IMG/VR virus record: IMGVR_UViG_3300002143_000235
Coordinates: 62,001 to 126,000 of that record
Length of the DNA: 64,000 nucleotides
Strand: one strand, 5' to 3'
A program made the translations under genes and the position numbers. How positions within the stretch are numbered: position 1 is the stretch's first letter; each line of letters opens with the position of its first letter. Below, in pieces: positions 55,913-64,000 of this stretch. The notes under the pieces were generated by a model that was given only the letters and a program-made list of their open reading frames with translations, was not told the DNA's origin and ran no database searches.

Positions 55913-56428
55913 ATGGAACAGCACACAAACCGTTTTCATGACATCAATAAAGAAATGGCATCTTATATTAAAGGTGCCATTCATGATGTTGCTACGGAAA
56001 ATTCAGGAATTTACGAAAGACTTTTCTTCGGTGAAGGTGAAGTGCTCCAAAAGTACGCCTTCAATTTCAACTTCGGATTGAATTATAACCCACAGCTTGA
56101 TTCACTTGAAAAAGGATACGATGACATCGCTGAAGACATTAAGTTCTTTCTTGATAATATCGTAGCCAAGATCATTGAGATCAACATGAATGTGAACTAC
56201 CGCAAGACTACTCGTCTCGGTGGATCCATCAAAGTTGATGGAGTGACAATTGAAAATCATTATCTGGTTGACGATTATACTCTTGATAGCGATGCAGGAA
56301 TAGCAGATCTTGAAAATTATGTAAATGATTTACAAGTAGTTATCTCAGAATCACCTAACGGTTACCGGTACACACTCTCCTTAGAGATCCCTATATATGA
56401 CGTAAAAGAATTGTTCCTACAAGACTGA
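55913..56428 (+). CDS. Hypothetical protein
   Basis: 171 aa. Confidence 0.7.
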   Translation: MEQHTNRFHDINKEMASYIKGAIHDVATENSGIYERLFFGEGEVLQKYAFNFNFGLNYNPQLDSLEKGYDDIAEDIKFFLDNIVAKIIEINMNVNYRKTTRLGGSIKVDGVTIENHYLVDDYTLDSDAGIADLENYVNDLQVVISESPNGYRYTLSLEIPIYDVKELFLQD

Positions 56429-56448
56429 TTCTGGATTACATGTCAATT

Positions 56449-56480
56449 AAATGCCTGCTTCTTAGTTGAAGTGGGCATTT
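56449..56480 (+). terminator. Intrinsic terminator
   Basis: AAATGCCTGCTTC/GAAGTGGGCATTT + T run. Confidence 0.7.
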
Positions 56481-56517
56481 TTCATATATAATCCACACAA
56501 ACCGTATTAATTTTAAC

Positions 56518-58671
56518 ATGGCTACAAAACAGAAATTAGCCGTTCCAGATAAACAGTTTGTCTTCAACTCAGATAATATCGAAGATATCATAGATAAACA
56601 GTCGCAGGGTTTCGCACTGCCACGTTACATGAATCCATGGTTTAAGAACCAAATAGGTGTGAGAAAGGCAGGCGTTGTTTACGGATGGACACAACACGAA
56701 GTGGATGAATTCACTAAATGTGCACTTGATATACACTATTTTGCAAACACATACTGTAAAATTAAATCAGAAGATGGACAAGTCCGTCAAATGAAATTAC
56801 GTGATTATCAGTACAAAGTACTTGATACCTATACCAAGAACAGATTTACACTTAATATGTCTTCCAGACAAACAGGAAAGACTATAACCGCAGCAATTAC
56901 ATTATTACATTATTGTATTTTTAATACAAATAAAGGGGTGATGGTCGTAGCAAATAAAGGTGAAACTGTTATAGAAATTCTTGATAAAATTAAAAACATT
57001 TATAAACTACTTCCGTTCTTTCTTAAACCAGGTATTATAAACTGGAACAGTAAAGCTATTGTATTTGACAATGGATGTCGTATTAAATCACAAGCACGTT
57101 CTAAAGAACCAGCGATTGGTTTTACTATTGATTTTCTTTATATGGATGAGTTTGCACACATTCCACCTAATACAATTAATCACTATTATAAAGCAGCGAT
57201 TCCGACAGTTTCATCCATCAAAGGATCAAAGATTGTCATTACATCGACACCGAATGGTGCCAACCTTTTCAAGGATTTGGTCATGGGGGCACAACTTCCA
57301 GAAGGTCATCCGGACAAGAACATGTACAAACTTATCAAAGTATACTGGCATCAGGTTCCTGATGGTAAATTCGAAGACGGATCCTCGGGAACTAGGATGG
57401 ATGCCAAACTATATCCATCCGTATTTGAAATGCGTAATCATGACCTAACATTGCATGAGGTTTACCAAGAACTGAAATCATTTGGATTTAAGGTAGCTAA
57501 AGAATCAGAACAAACTGAAACTGGTGATAAACAACTGATTAGAATTTTTCATGAACCCAATAAAACAGATATTGAACTAATTAGAGAACTGAAGATAAAA
57601 GGTGAAATTCCTATTATTCAGTTGATGAATATTAGTAACTGGAAAGAACAAGAAGTTAAATTGATTGGTGGTGAAGAAGCATTTAATCAAGAATACAATA
57701 TTCAATTCATTGCTGGTTCAAAACGTGTACTTTCTGTAAAGAAAGCTAAAGAGCTTGAAGATCGTTGTATTAAGTATACGAATGTTGAAATTGATGCTTT
57801 TAAACGATTGAGATTTAAAACACCCGAGTTTAGATGGCATCCAGAATTTCAACCATCTCCAGAAATGTTAGGAGACTATTATTGGATGACATCTACAGAT
57901 GTTTCTGAAGGATTAGAGTTAGATGATAGTGTTATTAATGGTTTCAGACTGATGGTAAGAAGTCCTGAATGGCTTATTGAAAATAAAGTAAAATCGTTAT
58001 ATGACGCATTTTATTTAAAACAAACATTTATTTATCATACAAATTTTTTAGATCCAAAAAAAGAGCTTCCAGAGTTATTTTACATTTTACATTTTGAGGT
58101 ACTTGATCCAGAACGTGTTAAAGCTGTTGTCGAGTACAATGGACCTGGTTCCACTATGCTTGCAGCGCTTCCTGGAGTTTTTGAAAGTAACAATGATTAT
58201 GCAACACATATAATGGTTCGTTATAAACATAATAAGGAAAATAAAAAGCGTAAGATTGGTTTAAAAGTAACAAAGAACAAAAAAGAATTTGTTAAAAGTT
58301 ATATTGGCTGTGTAGATTCGGATAAGATGTATATTGATGAGGAAATGACACTAGGACAGGTTGAAAACTTTATTAAGGTTCCAACACCGTCTGGAGATAT
58401 TACTTATAAGGCTGATTCAGGTCATGATGATGTTGTGATGACATTGGTAGATGGATGTACGTTTTTTGATACACAAGAGTATAAAAATATGTGTCATTCT
58501 TATTATGAAGAACTTCCTTACGAAATACAATATTTAATAGATGGTGCAATTGATCTTGAGTATAATCCAAACGGTGTATCTTATAAAGCACTTAGTGGAA
58601 TACTTGCAAAAAATAAAGGTAACGGTGTTCGTGCAAATCGATATAGCGGCGGTCAACGCAGACATAGGTAA
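56518..58671 (+). CDS. gp17: Terminase large subunit, T4 gp17-like
   Basis: LRDYQ, SRQTGKT, Walker B LYMDEFAH, TSTPNG, DVSEG, GHDDVVM. Confidence 0.95.
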   Translation: MATKQKLAVPDKQFVFNSDNIEDIIDKQSQGFALPRYMNPWFKNQIGVRKAGVVYGWTQHEVDEFTKCALDIHYFANTYCKIKSEDGQVRQMKLRDYQYKVLDTYTKNRFTLNMSSRQTGKTITAAITLLHYCIFNTNKGVMVVANKGETVIEILDKIKNIYKLLPFFLKPGIINWNSKAIVFDNGCRIKSQARSKEPAIGFTIDFLYMDEFAHIPPNTINHYYKAAIPTVSSIKGSKIVITSTPNGANLFKDLVMGAQLPEGHPDKNMYKLIKVYWHQVPDGKFEDGSSGTRMDAKLYPSVFEMRNHDLTLHEVYQELKSFGFKVAKESEQTETGDKQLIRIFHEPNKTDIELIRELKIKGEIPIIQLMNISNWKEQEVKLIGGEEAFNQEYNIQFIAGSKRVLSVKKAKELEDRCIKYTNVEIDAFKRLRFKTPEFRWHPEFQPSPEMLGDYYWMTSTDVSEGLELDDSVINGFRLMVRSPEWLIENKVKSLYDAFYLKQTFIYHTNFLDPKKELPELFYILHFEVLDPERVKAVVEYNGPGSTMLAALPGVFESNNDYATHIMVRYKHNKENKKRKIGLKVTKNKKEFVKSYIGCVDSDKMYIDEEMTLGQVENFIKVPTPSGDITYKADSGHDDVVMTLVDGCTFFDTQEYKNMCHSYYEELPYEIQYLIDGAIDLEYNPNGVSYKALSGILAKNKGNGVRANRYSGGQRRHR

Positions 58672-58741
58672 AAATGTACTACTAACCAGCGGATTTGAGT
58701 CAGATTTGCTTAATATATAATAAAAAAGTTTTCAAAGACAA

Positions 58742-61700
58742 ATGGATTTTAACATGTCTGACTATAACCGTACAGGTGTATTCATAGAAGAAGTTAACGG
58801 TTCGCAGTTTGAAACACAGGCTCCACAGGAGACTATTATCAACTTCGTTCCAGGATTTTCTCGTAAGGGTACAGTATTTAACCGTCCGGTAGTTATTAAA
58901 AGTACTGCCGACCGCAAAAACACGTTCGGTGACATCGATCGTTTTCTTGAAAAGAAAGGTTCATACTTTCATCGAACAATAGATATTGCACTACAGACTG
59001 CGCCTGTTCAAGCTATGAACTTGCTCAAGACAACATCACTCGATCAATTAAATTATGCATCAATTTCATTATCAGCACAATATGATAATGAAGCAATTGC
59101 AACACGACAGTATGACGATTTCTTTAACAAAGCCGGTTTTTGGCAGCGTGATACGGATTCGTTCCTTGCTTTTGCTAAAGATACTGAACATATGATTCAC
59201 TTTACAAACGTATCAGACAAAAAGATTAGTTTCTTTTTGTTCAAATCAGCTGCATCAGGATTTGATATCACTGCTGAGACATGGTATGGTGGTAAAGACA
59301 ATGTTCCTACATGGATGAATTATAATGACTTAATTTCAGATTACATGGTTCGACTTGTTGTTGTTGGTGGTGACTGGTCTAATTACCCAATGCTTGGTGC
59401 AGATACTAATTGGTCTAAGTATTTTAATGGTAGTGGTCTTCGTAAGAATAAAGTTGATGATTTTATTCGTGATCGTAATGTATCGCTTCTTGCTGATTAC
59501 ACAGCATCGCTTATACCATACTTTACAGTAAATAATCGTAACATTTTCATCGAGACATTGGTGAATACACAAACTGATAAAACTGGTCTTTTTTGTTCAT
59601 TCGATATTACAGCAGTTGAAACAGATCTTCCTAATGGAAATATTGATATAATTGGTCAAACACTTGTTGGATTAGAAAAGTCTAAAATTAATTTTATGTC
59701 TTACCAAGATACAATTGAAGAAGTTGATAGCTATGAAACAACTGCGCTTGATACACTTGGAAATGTAATCGGTATCGATTCAATCTCTGGTAGAACAGCT
59801 GTTAATACAAACGGTAACATCTCAGGTATGGTGAACGTTGCTCTTGTTGGTCCAACAACTGCTACACCGTCTATGACATTTGTATCACTTGGTTCAGCAA
59901 TCATTAATAATGCATCTGTTGCAATTACTGGTACCGTAGCATTTACAGCAATCACTGGTACTGTTGGTGTTGGTAACTCATTCTATCGTATTGATACTGT
60001 GTATGTAGCTCCTACGGGTGCACTCACTGTGTTAGATGGAACTCCAGTAGAGTTTGTGTCAGGTACAGCAATTGGAGCTGTTACAGGTCTTACGTTCCCA
60101 GCTAATTACCCAAATAATTCTATTGTTCTTGGATATATTTTCCGTGAAAAAGATGATGCTGGTGTTTATTCAGCTGCTTACTCTGCTGTTGCTATTCAAA
60201 CTGGTGTATCAAACAACTTTGTACCATTGACTATTGGTACAGTTGGTACAGATATTATTGTAGCAGCAACGGCTACAAATATCTTAGATATGACATTTAC
60301 TGGTACTGCTGCGGCTACTAAAGCACAATACATTGAATATAGACGATTACAATTTTTTACGGAACTTGTTACAAAATATGTACTTGCAAATTCAATAATT
60401 ATTGGAGCTGCTGGTATTAAAGTTGATCTTACATCTGCTTCAATTACACACAATATGACTTCAATTATTGGTGATAAAAATATTGTAATTACTGTAACAA
60501 GTACAGATATCAGAACAGCTCCGGCTGCTGGTGACTTTGTATTCTACTACAACGATAACGAGTTTACAATTGGTCAACTTGGTATTGAAACACGTCAAAC
60601 AGTAACTGGTACTTCTGGTTATGGTGTTGTTTCAAAAAACTCTGAGTTCTACCAAGATTTTTACAATGGTATGATTAATACTAGCGATTATTTCTACGAG
60701 AAAGCTGCTGTTTCTACACAACCATTTACTTTTATACATTTTACAGATCTTACATATCCATTAGCTATTGGTAATTATATTGTAATGCATAACACTGATG
60801 CTGCTGCAATTGGAATTGGTGCTGGTGCAAATACATTCAATGCTCGTTTCGATGCTAATATTGTAAACAAAGGTGTATTTACAATTGGTGAAGGTTATGC
60901 AAATGGTGTTGTTGGTCCTATCCAAACAGCTCTTGGTGTAGCACTTCCACTTAACCACATTGCATTCTCTGTTACTGAGCTTGTTTCTAACGAAACTGTT
61001 GCATTAGGACTTGATATTTTTAATCAAGATCGTAAAGCATATTTGAAAATGTACAGTATTGGTAAAAATATCAAAGTAGATTTCTGTAATGATGCGACAC
61101 TTACTGCACCATTCTCAATTGCTGGTGGTCTTGCTGCTATTAACACGACTATCAATGTATATTCAGGAGAAGCTAGTTATGAACAAACACTCGAGATTGA
61201 ACAACACGTATCATATGTAATGACAGATAACAAGGCTCTTATTGATTCAGTACGTTATCCTGAAGTTAAAGTTGGATCTTATGTTCGCGCTTACTTTGAT
61301 AACTCTGAACTTGAGCCTGGTGAATATCCTAAGAAATTTGCTCGTATTATTAAAAAAACTCCGTGGTCTGGAAACGCAACAAACGGTGTTCAGTATTCTG
61401 AGATTACAACTGATGTTAAGATTGATATTGCTGATTACTCTGGTGACCTTCAAACAACTTGGTATACAACACTTGAAAGTTATGTTGATACATACAAAAC
61501 TGTAACACTTAATGGATTCAATGTTCAAGCAACTTCGGTTCCTAATAATACTGAAACACGTCAAGAAGAAATTCTTAATATTATTGCTAAAGACACACCT
61601 CTTTACAAAGCAATTACCAATAAGAATACGTTCAACTTCCGTTACCTTATTGACTCTTTTGGACTTGGTTTGTCAGAATTTTCTAAGCAACAACTTGCTG

Positions 61701-62548
61701 ATATTACAGGTAAACGTAAGAACTGTATAGCATTCTTAAATATGCCAAGTGCTAAGATGTTCCGTGATTCAAGCAATCCTTCATTCATCAATGATGATAA
61801 CACGCTTAACCTTGAATACGTTCGTTTAGGTGGTAATCCAGATCAAAACCCTGCATTCCTTTACTCGTTTGCTCAAGGTGATGGTAATGATGATGGTCGT
61901 GATACAGTTGGTTACTTCTTCCCATATGTTGGAATCAGTGACAACGGACGTCCTATGGATTTCCCACCAGCTGCTTACGTATGTAATACATACATGCGCA
62001 AAAATAACTCTGCAATCCCAGGTAAGTACAACTTTACAGTTGCTGCTGGTACTGAAGATGGACGCGTTCTTGGAATCGCTGGTACTGAAATGAACTTCAC
62101 TGAAGATGATTACGTATCAATGAATCAAATGGGATCAAACCCAATCTCTTACGCTAAGAACATTGGATGGTATATTGAAACTGAATACACAGCTTCTCAA
62201 GCACCTAAATCAGCATTGTCTTACTTACACGTACGTGAGATCTTGATTGACCTTGAGAACGAGCTTTACGCAATGTTGTTCAAGTACCAATACAAGTTCA
62301 ACATTCCAGCTGTAAGAGCTAAAATCAAACGTGAGGCTGATGACATCTGTCAGAAATACCTTGATCGTTCTGCAATCACTGCGTTCACGAACGTAATTGA
62401 TGATACGAATAACACTGCCGATCTTATCGACAACCAATTCGGTCTATTGAATACATACATCACACCGGTACGAGCTATGGCAACTATCGTCAACGTGATC
62501 GGTATCCAATCAAACGGAGCAGTTGGTACAAGTACAGGATTCAACTAA
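58742..62548 (+). CDS. gp18: Tail sheath protein, T4 gp18-like, 1268 aa
   Basis: RTGVFIEE N-terminus; C-terminal FFPYV...PPAAYV, NPI, LHVREILI, DDTNNT. Confidence 0.9.
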   Translation: MDFNMSDYNRTGVFIEEVNGSQFETQAPQETIINFVPGFSRKGTVFNRPVVIKSTADRKNTFGDIDRFLEKKGSYFHRTIDIALQTAPVQAMNLLKTTSLDQLNYASISLSAQYDNEAIATRQYDDFFNKAGFWQRDTDSFLAFAKDTEHMIHFTNVSDKKISFFLFKSAASGFDITAETWYGGKDNVPTWMNYNDLISDYMVRLVVVGGDWSNYPMLGADTNWSKYFNGSGLRKNKVDDFIRDRNVSLLADYTASLIPYFTVNNRNIFIETLVNTQTDKTGLFCSFDITAVETDLPNGNIDIIGQTLVGLEKSKINFMSYQDTIEEVDSYETTALDTLGNVIGIDSISGRTAVNTNGNISGMVNVALVGPTTATPSMTFVSLGSAIINNASVAITGTVAFTAITGTVGVGNSFYRIDTVYVAPTGALTVLDGTPVEFVSGTAIGAVTGLTFPANYPNNSIVLGYIFREKDDAGVYSAAYSAVAIQTGVSNNFVPLTIGTVGTDIIVAATATNILDMTFTGTAAATKAQYIEYRRLQFFTELVTKYVLANSIIIGAAGIKVDLTSASITHNMTSIIGDKNIVITVTSTDIRTAPAAGDFVFYYNDNEFTIGQLGIETRQTVTGTSGYGVVSKNSEFYQDFYNGMINTSDYFYEKAAVSTQPFTFIHFTDLTYPLAIGNYIVMHNTDAAAIGIGAGANTFNARFDANIVNKGVFTIGEGYANGVVGPIQTALGVALPLNHIAFSVTELVSNETVALGLDIFNQDRKAYLKMYSIGKNIKVDFCNDATLTAPFSIAGGLAAINTTINVYSGEASYEQTLEIEQHVSYVMTDNKALIDSVRYPEVKVGSYVRAYFDNSELEPGEYPKKFARIIKKTPWSGNATNGVQYSEITTDVKIDIADYSGDLQTTWYTTLESYVDTYKTVTLNGFNVQATSVPNNTETRQEEILNIIAKDTPLYKAITNKNTFNFRYLIDSFGLGLSEFSKQQLADITGKRKNCIAFLNMPSAKMFRDSSNPSFINDDNTLNLEYVRLGGNPDQNPAFLYSFAQGDGNDDGRDTVGYFFPYVGISDNGRPMDFPPAAYVCNTYMRKNNSAIPGKYNFTVAAGTEDGRVLGIAGTEMNFTEDDYVSMNQMGSNPISYAKNIGWYIETEYTASQAPKSALSYLHVREILIDLENELYAMLFKYQYKFNIPAVRAKIKREADDICQKYLDRSAITAFTNVIDDTNNTADLIDNQFGLLNTYITPVRAMATIVNVIGIQSNGAVGTSTGFN

Positions 62549-62564
62549 AAACAAATACAATGAG

Positions 62565-62588
62565 AAAGGCATCCAATTGGATGCCTTT
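62565..62588. terminator. Bidirectional terminator
   Basis: Palindrome AAAGGCATCCAATTGGATGCCTTT. Confidence 0.8.
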
Positions 62589-62590
62589 TT

Positions 62591-62782
62591 TTATGCTTCT
62601 ACTTTTTCAGTTTCAGCAGTAAGTACATGTTGAATTTGTGGAAGAATCATTTTCTGAAACTTCATACTCACAAATTTAATTCGTTGATGCTTATTATCAC
62701 CTACTGCTTGTCTAAATACAAGACCAGATAAGTGATCTGCTAATTTTGCGTAGTTCTCGTTTGTGATGAGGTATGTCAGCAT
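62591..62782 (-). CDS. Hypothetical protein
   Basis: 63 aa. Confidence 0.55.
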   Translation of the reverse strand: MLTYLITNENYAKLADHLSGLVFRQAVGDNKHQRIKFVSMKFQKMILPQIQHVLTAETEKVEA

Positions 62783-62799
62783 TTCGTTTTATATTTTTT

Positions 62800-63102
62800 T
62801 TATTTTATAGTGAATACAAAAGTAACTGTTCCAGCCATTGAACCTACGCCAGTCCATGCAAAATCAGCAAAGCTCGGTTGACCTTTTCCAGTTGTTTTGT
62901 CATAAATTTCTTTTCCAAGTCCAGCAAGAATTGCTGTTCCAAATCCTATAAATATTGCTTGTTTTTTACTTGCACCAAGTTTATACGATACAAAAGATGA
63001 TGTATAGGATATTACTGTACCTGCTACAAAATGCTTAACCTTATCTGGTTGAATTTGAGATTGTGATAAAAAAGGTATTAAAAAAAATAATAAGAATTTC
63101 AT
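62800..63102 (-). CDS. VanZ/YfiM-like small membrane protein
   Basis: DKVKHF...GKEIYD...SFADF. Confidence 0.65.
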   Translation of the reverse strand: MKFLLFFLIPFLSQSQIQPDKVKHFVAGTVISYTSSFVSYKLGASKKQAIFIGFGTAILAGLGKEIYDKTTGKGQPSFADFAWTGVGSMAGTVTFVFTIK

Positions 63103-63118
63103 AAAAAATATTTAATAG

Positions 63119-63159
63119 CAAATATAATAAAAAAAAGGACACCATTGCTGATGTCCTTT
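63119..63159 (-). promoter_or_regulatory. Terminator hairpin + TATATTTG promoter, cassette E
   Basis: AAAGGACA/TGTCCTTT hairpin, T run, TATATTTG. Confidence 0.7.
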
Positions 63160-63193
63160 AAAAATTTACCTAAAAGTATGAAAAAAGTATCTA

Positions 63194-63499
63194 TTAACCG
63201 TTTTTACGGAAAGTTGATACACGTTGTGAACGGATGTTAGAGATGTTTGTTCCTACGATTTTTGACATCGCGTTACGTACCTCGTCACGTGTGAAACTCA
63301 TAGAGAACACAAGTCCGTTTGATGTTTGACCTGCAGGGAATGCAACCCATAGGTTTTTGTTTGTACGATTAGTGATTTGACTCACTGTGTACATTGCTTT
63401 GATCGTTGCACCTTTAACAACTGCAGAGTTAACTGGAGTCTTTGGTGTTACAGATTTCGCTTTTGATGCTGTTTGTGTTTTTGATGCTTTAGTTGCCAT
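63194..63499 (-). CDS. Basic hypothetical protein (start MATKAS)
   Basis: Lys/Thr-rich N-terminus. Confidence 0.65.
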   Translation of the reverse strand: MATKASKTQTASKAKSVTPKTPVNSAVVKGATIKAMYTVSQITNRTNKNLWVAFPAGQTSNGLVFSMSFTRDEVRNAMSKIVGTNISNIRSQRVSTFRKNG

Positions 63500-63734
63500 A
63501 ATTGTAACTGTTTGATTTTGATTTGAATTATATTCTTTAGGACTATTATAGTCAGGTGTTTTAGGAAAGTTTAAACCAGTGCTTAAAATTAGTTCATGTT
63601 TCTTACGAGATGGATTTTTTTCAAAGTAATCCATAGCTTTTAGTACATTACTTTAAAAAGTACCTGTTGTAATAAATTTATCATTGATATACAAATCAGA
63701 CCATGGATAATACATTTGAATCTCAATCGTCATA

Positions 63735-63959
63735 TTATCGAATATTTGAGAGTTCAAGACCAATCATGAGCGCCACATTGTCTTCTTTAAATAAAAGAAA
63801 CTGGTCAAACATGTGAATGGTAATGTGATCCGAAGGCGTGATGCTCTTCAGGTACTTATTATTAAAAGTCCAGATTTCATCTTCAACTGTTGGAAGATCT
63901 GCAACATGTACTGACCATCTTGTATCAAAGAATTCAAGTTTACCTTTTTTTACTCGCAT
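63735..63959 (-). CDS. Hypothetical protein
   Basis: 74 aa. Confidence 0.55.
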   Translation of the reverse strand: MRVKKGKLEFFDTRWSVHVADLPTVEDEIWTFNNKYLKSITPSDHITIHMFDQFLLFKEDNVALMIGLELSNIR

Positions 63960-64000
63960 CGAGATTGTTTCACTCTTATTAAGAGCAGATAGTTTCTTGA

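Noticed and set aside
56518-58671. Intein in terminase (and in PolB)
   Set aside because: No Cys/Ser start, His-Asn end or LAGLIDADG blocks
63500-63732. Stop-interrupted upstream extension of the 63194 ORF (MTIEIQ...GTF*SNVLKAMDYF)
   Set aside because: No recognisable domain; open frames of this length are plausible by chance, so a pseudogene call is unsupported
1-64000. CRISPR array or cas genes
   Set aside because: No run of equal-length repeats with unique spacers; the tandem repeats found are in-frame coding repeats
1-64000. Stop-codon recoding (TAG or TGA as sense)
   Set aside because: Core genes are intact in code 11, TAG and TGA terminate genes normally, and no CUA/UCA suppressor tRNA was found

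Overview
A 64-kb, strongly AT-rich segment of a T4-like (myovirus) jumbo-phage genome. The host is probably a Bacteroidota: TAnnTTTG -7 promoters recur and translation starts are A-rich without Shine-Dalgarno motifs. Layout: (1) 1.3-13.7 kb, minus-strand early/accessory genes (three paralogues plus a nucleotidyltransferase, two Nudix hydrolases, NAD-dependent ligase, a sigma70-like factor, a frameshifted DUF559 endonuclease). (2) 13.8-16.0 kb, a tRNA / tRNA-like RNA cluster. (3) 16.8-30.9 kb, plus-strand virion and replication genes (gp13 neck, tape-measure-like protein, dimeric dUTPase, N-terminal half of a split PolB, a two-cassette integron-like insert, kinase-like protein, GNAT). (4) 31-42 kb, minus-strand head module (gp23, gp21-scaffold fusion, gp20, gp2, gp4, a 2H phosphoesterase, gp55, gp15). 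(5) 42-62.5 kb, clamp loader, RNase H, lysozyme, NTase plus 2H pair, ribosomal S1-like protein, terminase and a 1268-aa sheath. Three observations stand out. First, an unannotated 25-codon leader peptide with antiterminator/terminator geometry sits directly upstream of the Trp-Phe-Asn-(Pro)-His-Lys tRNA run and is enriched in those amino acids, suggesting an attenuator that senses tRNA depletion. Second, a tandem array of tRNA-shaped RNAs has largely intact acceptor/D/T arms but rebuilt anticodon arms. Third, an attC-like gene-cassette pair has the next ORF's start codon inside the attC loop. All calls were made by eye from the sequence and ORF track; no database searches or folding programs were run.
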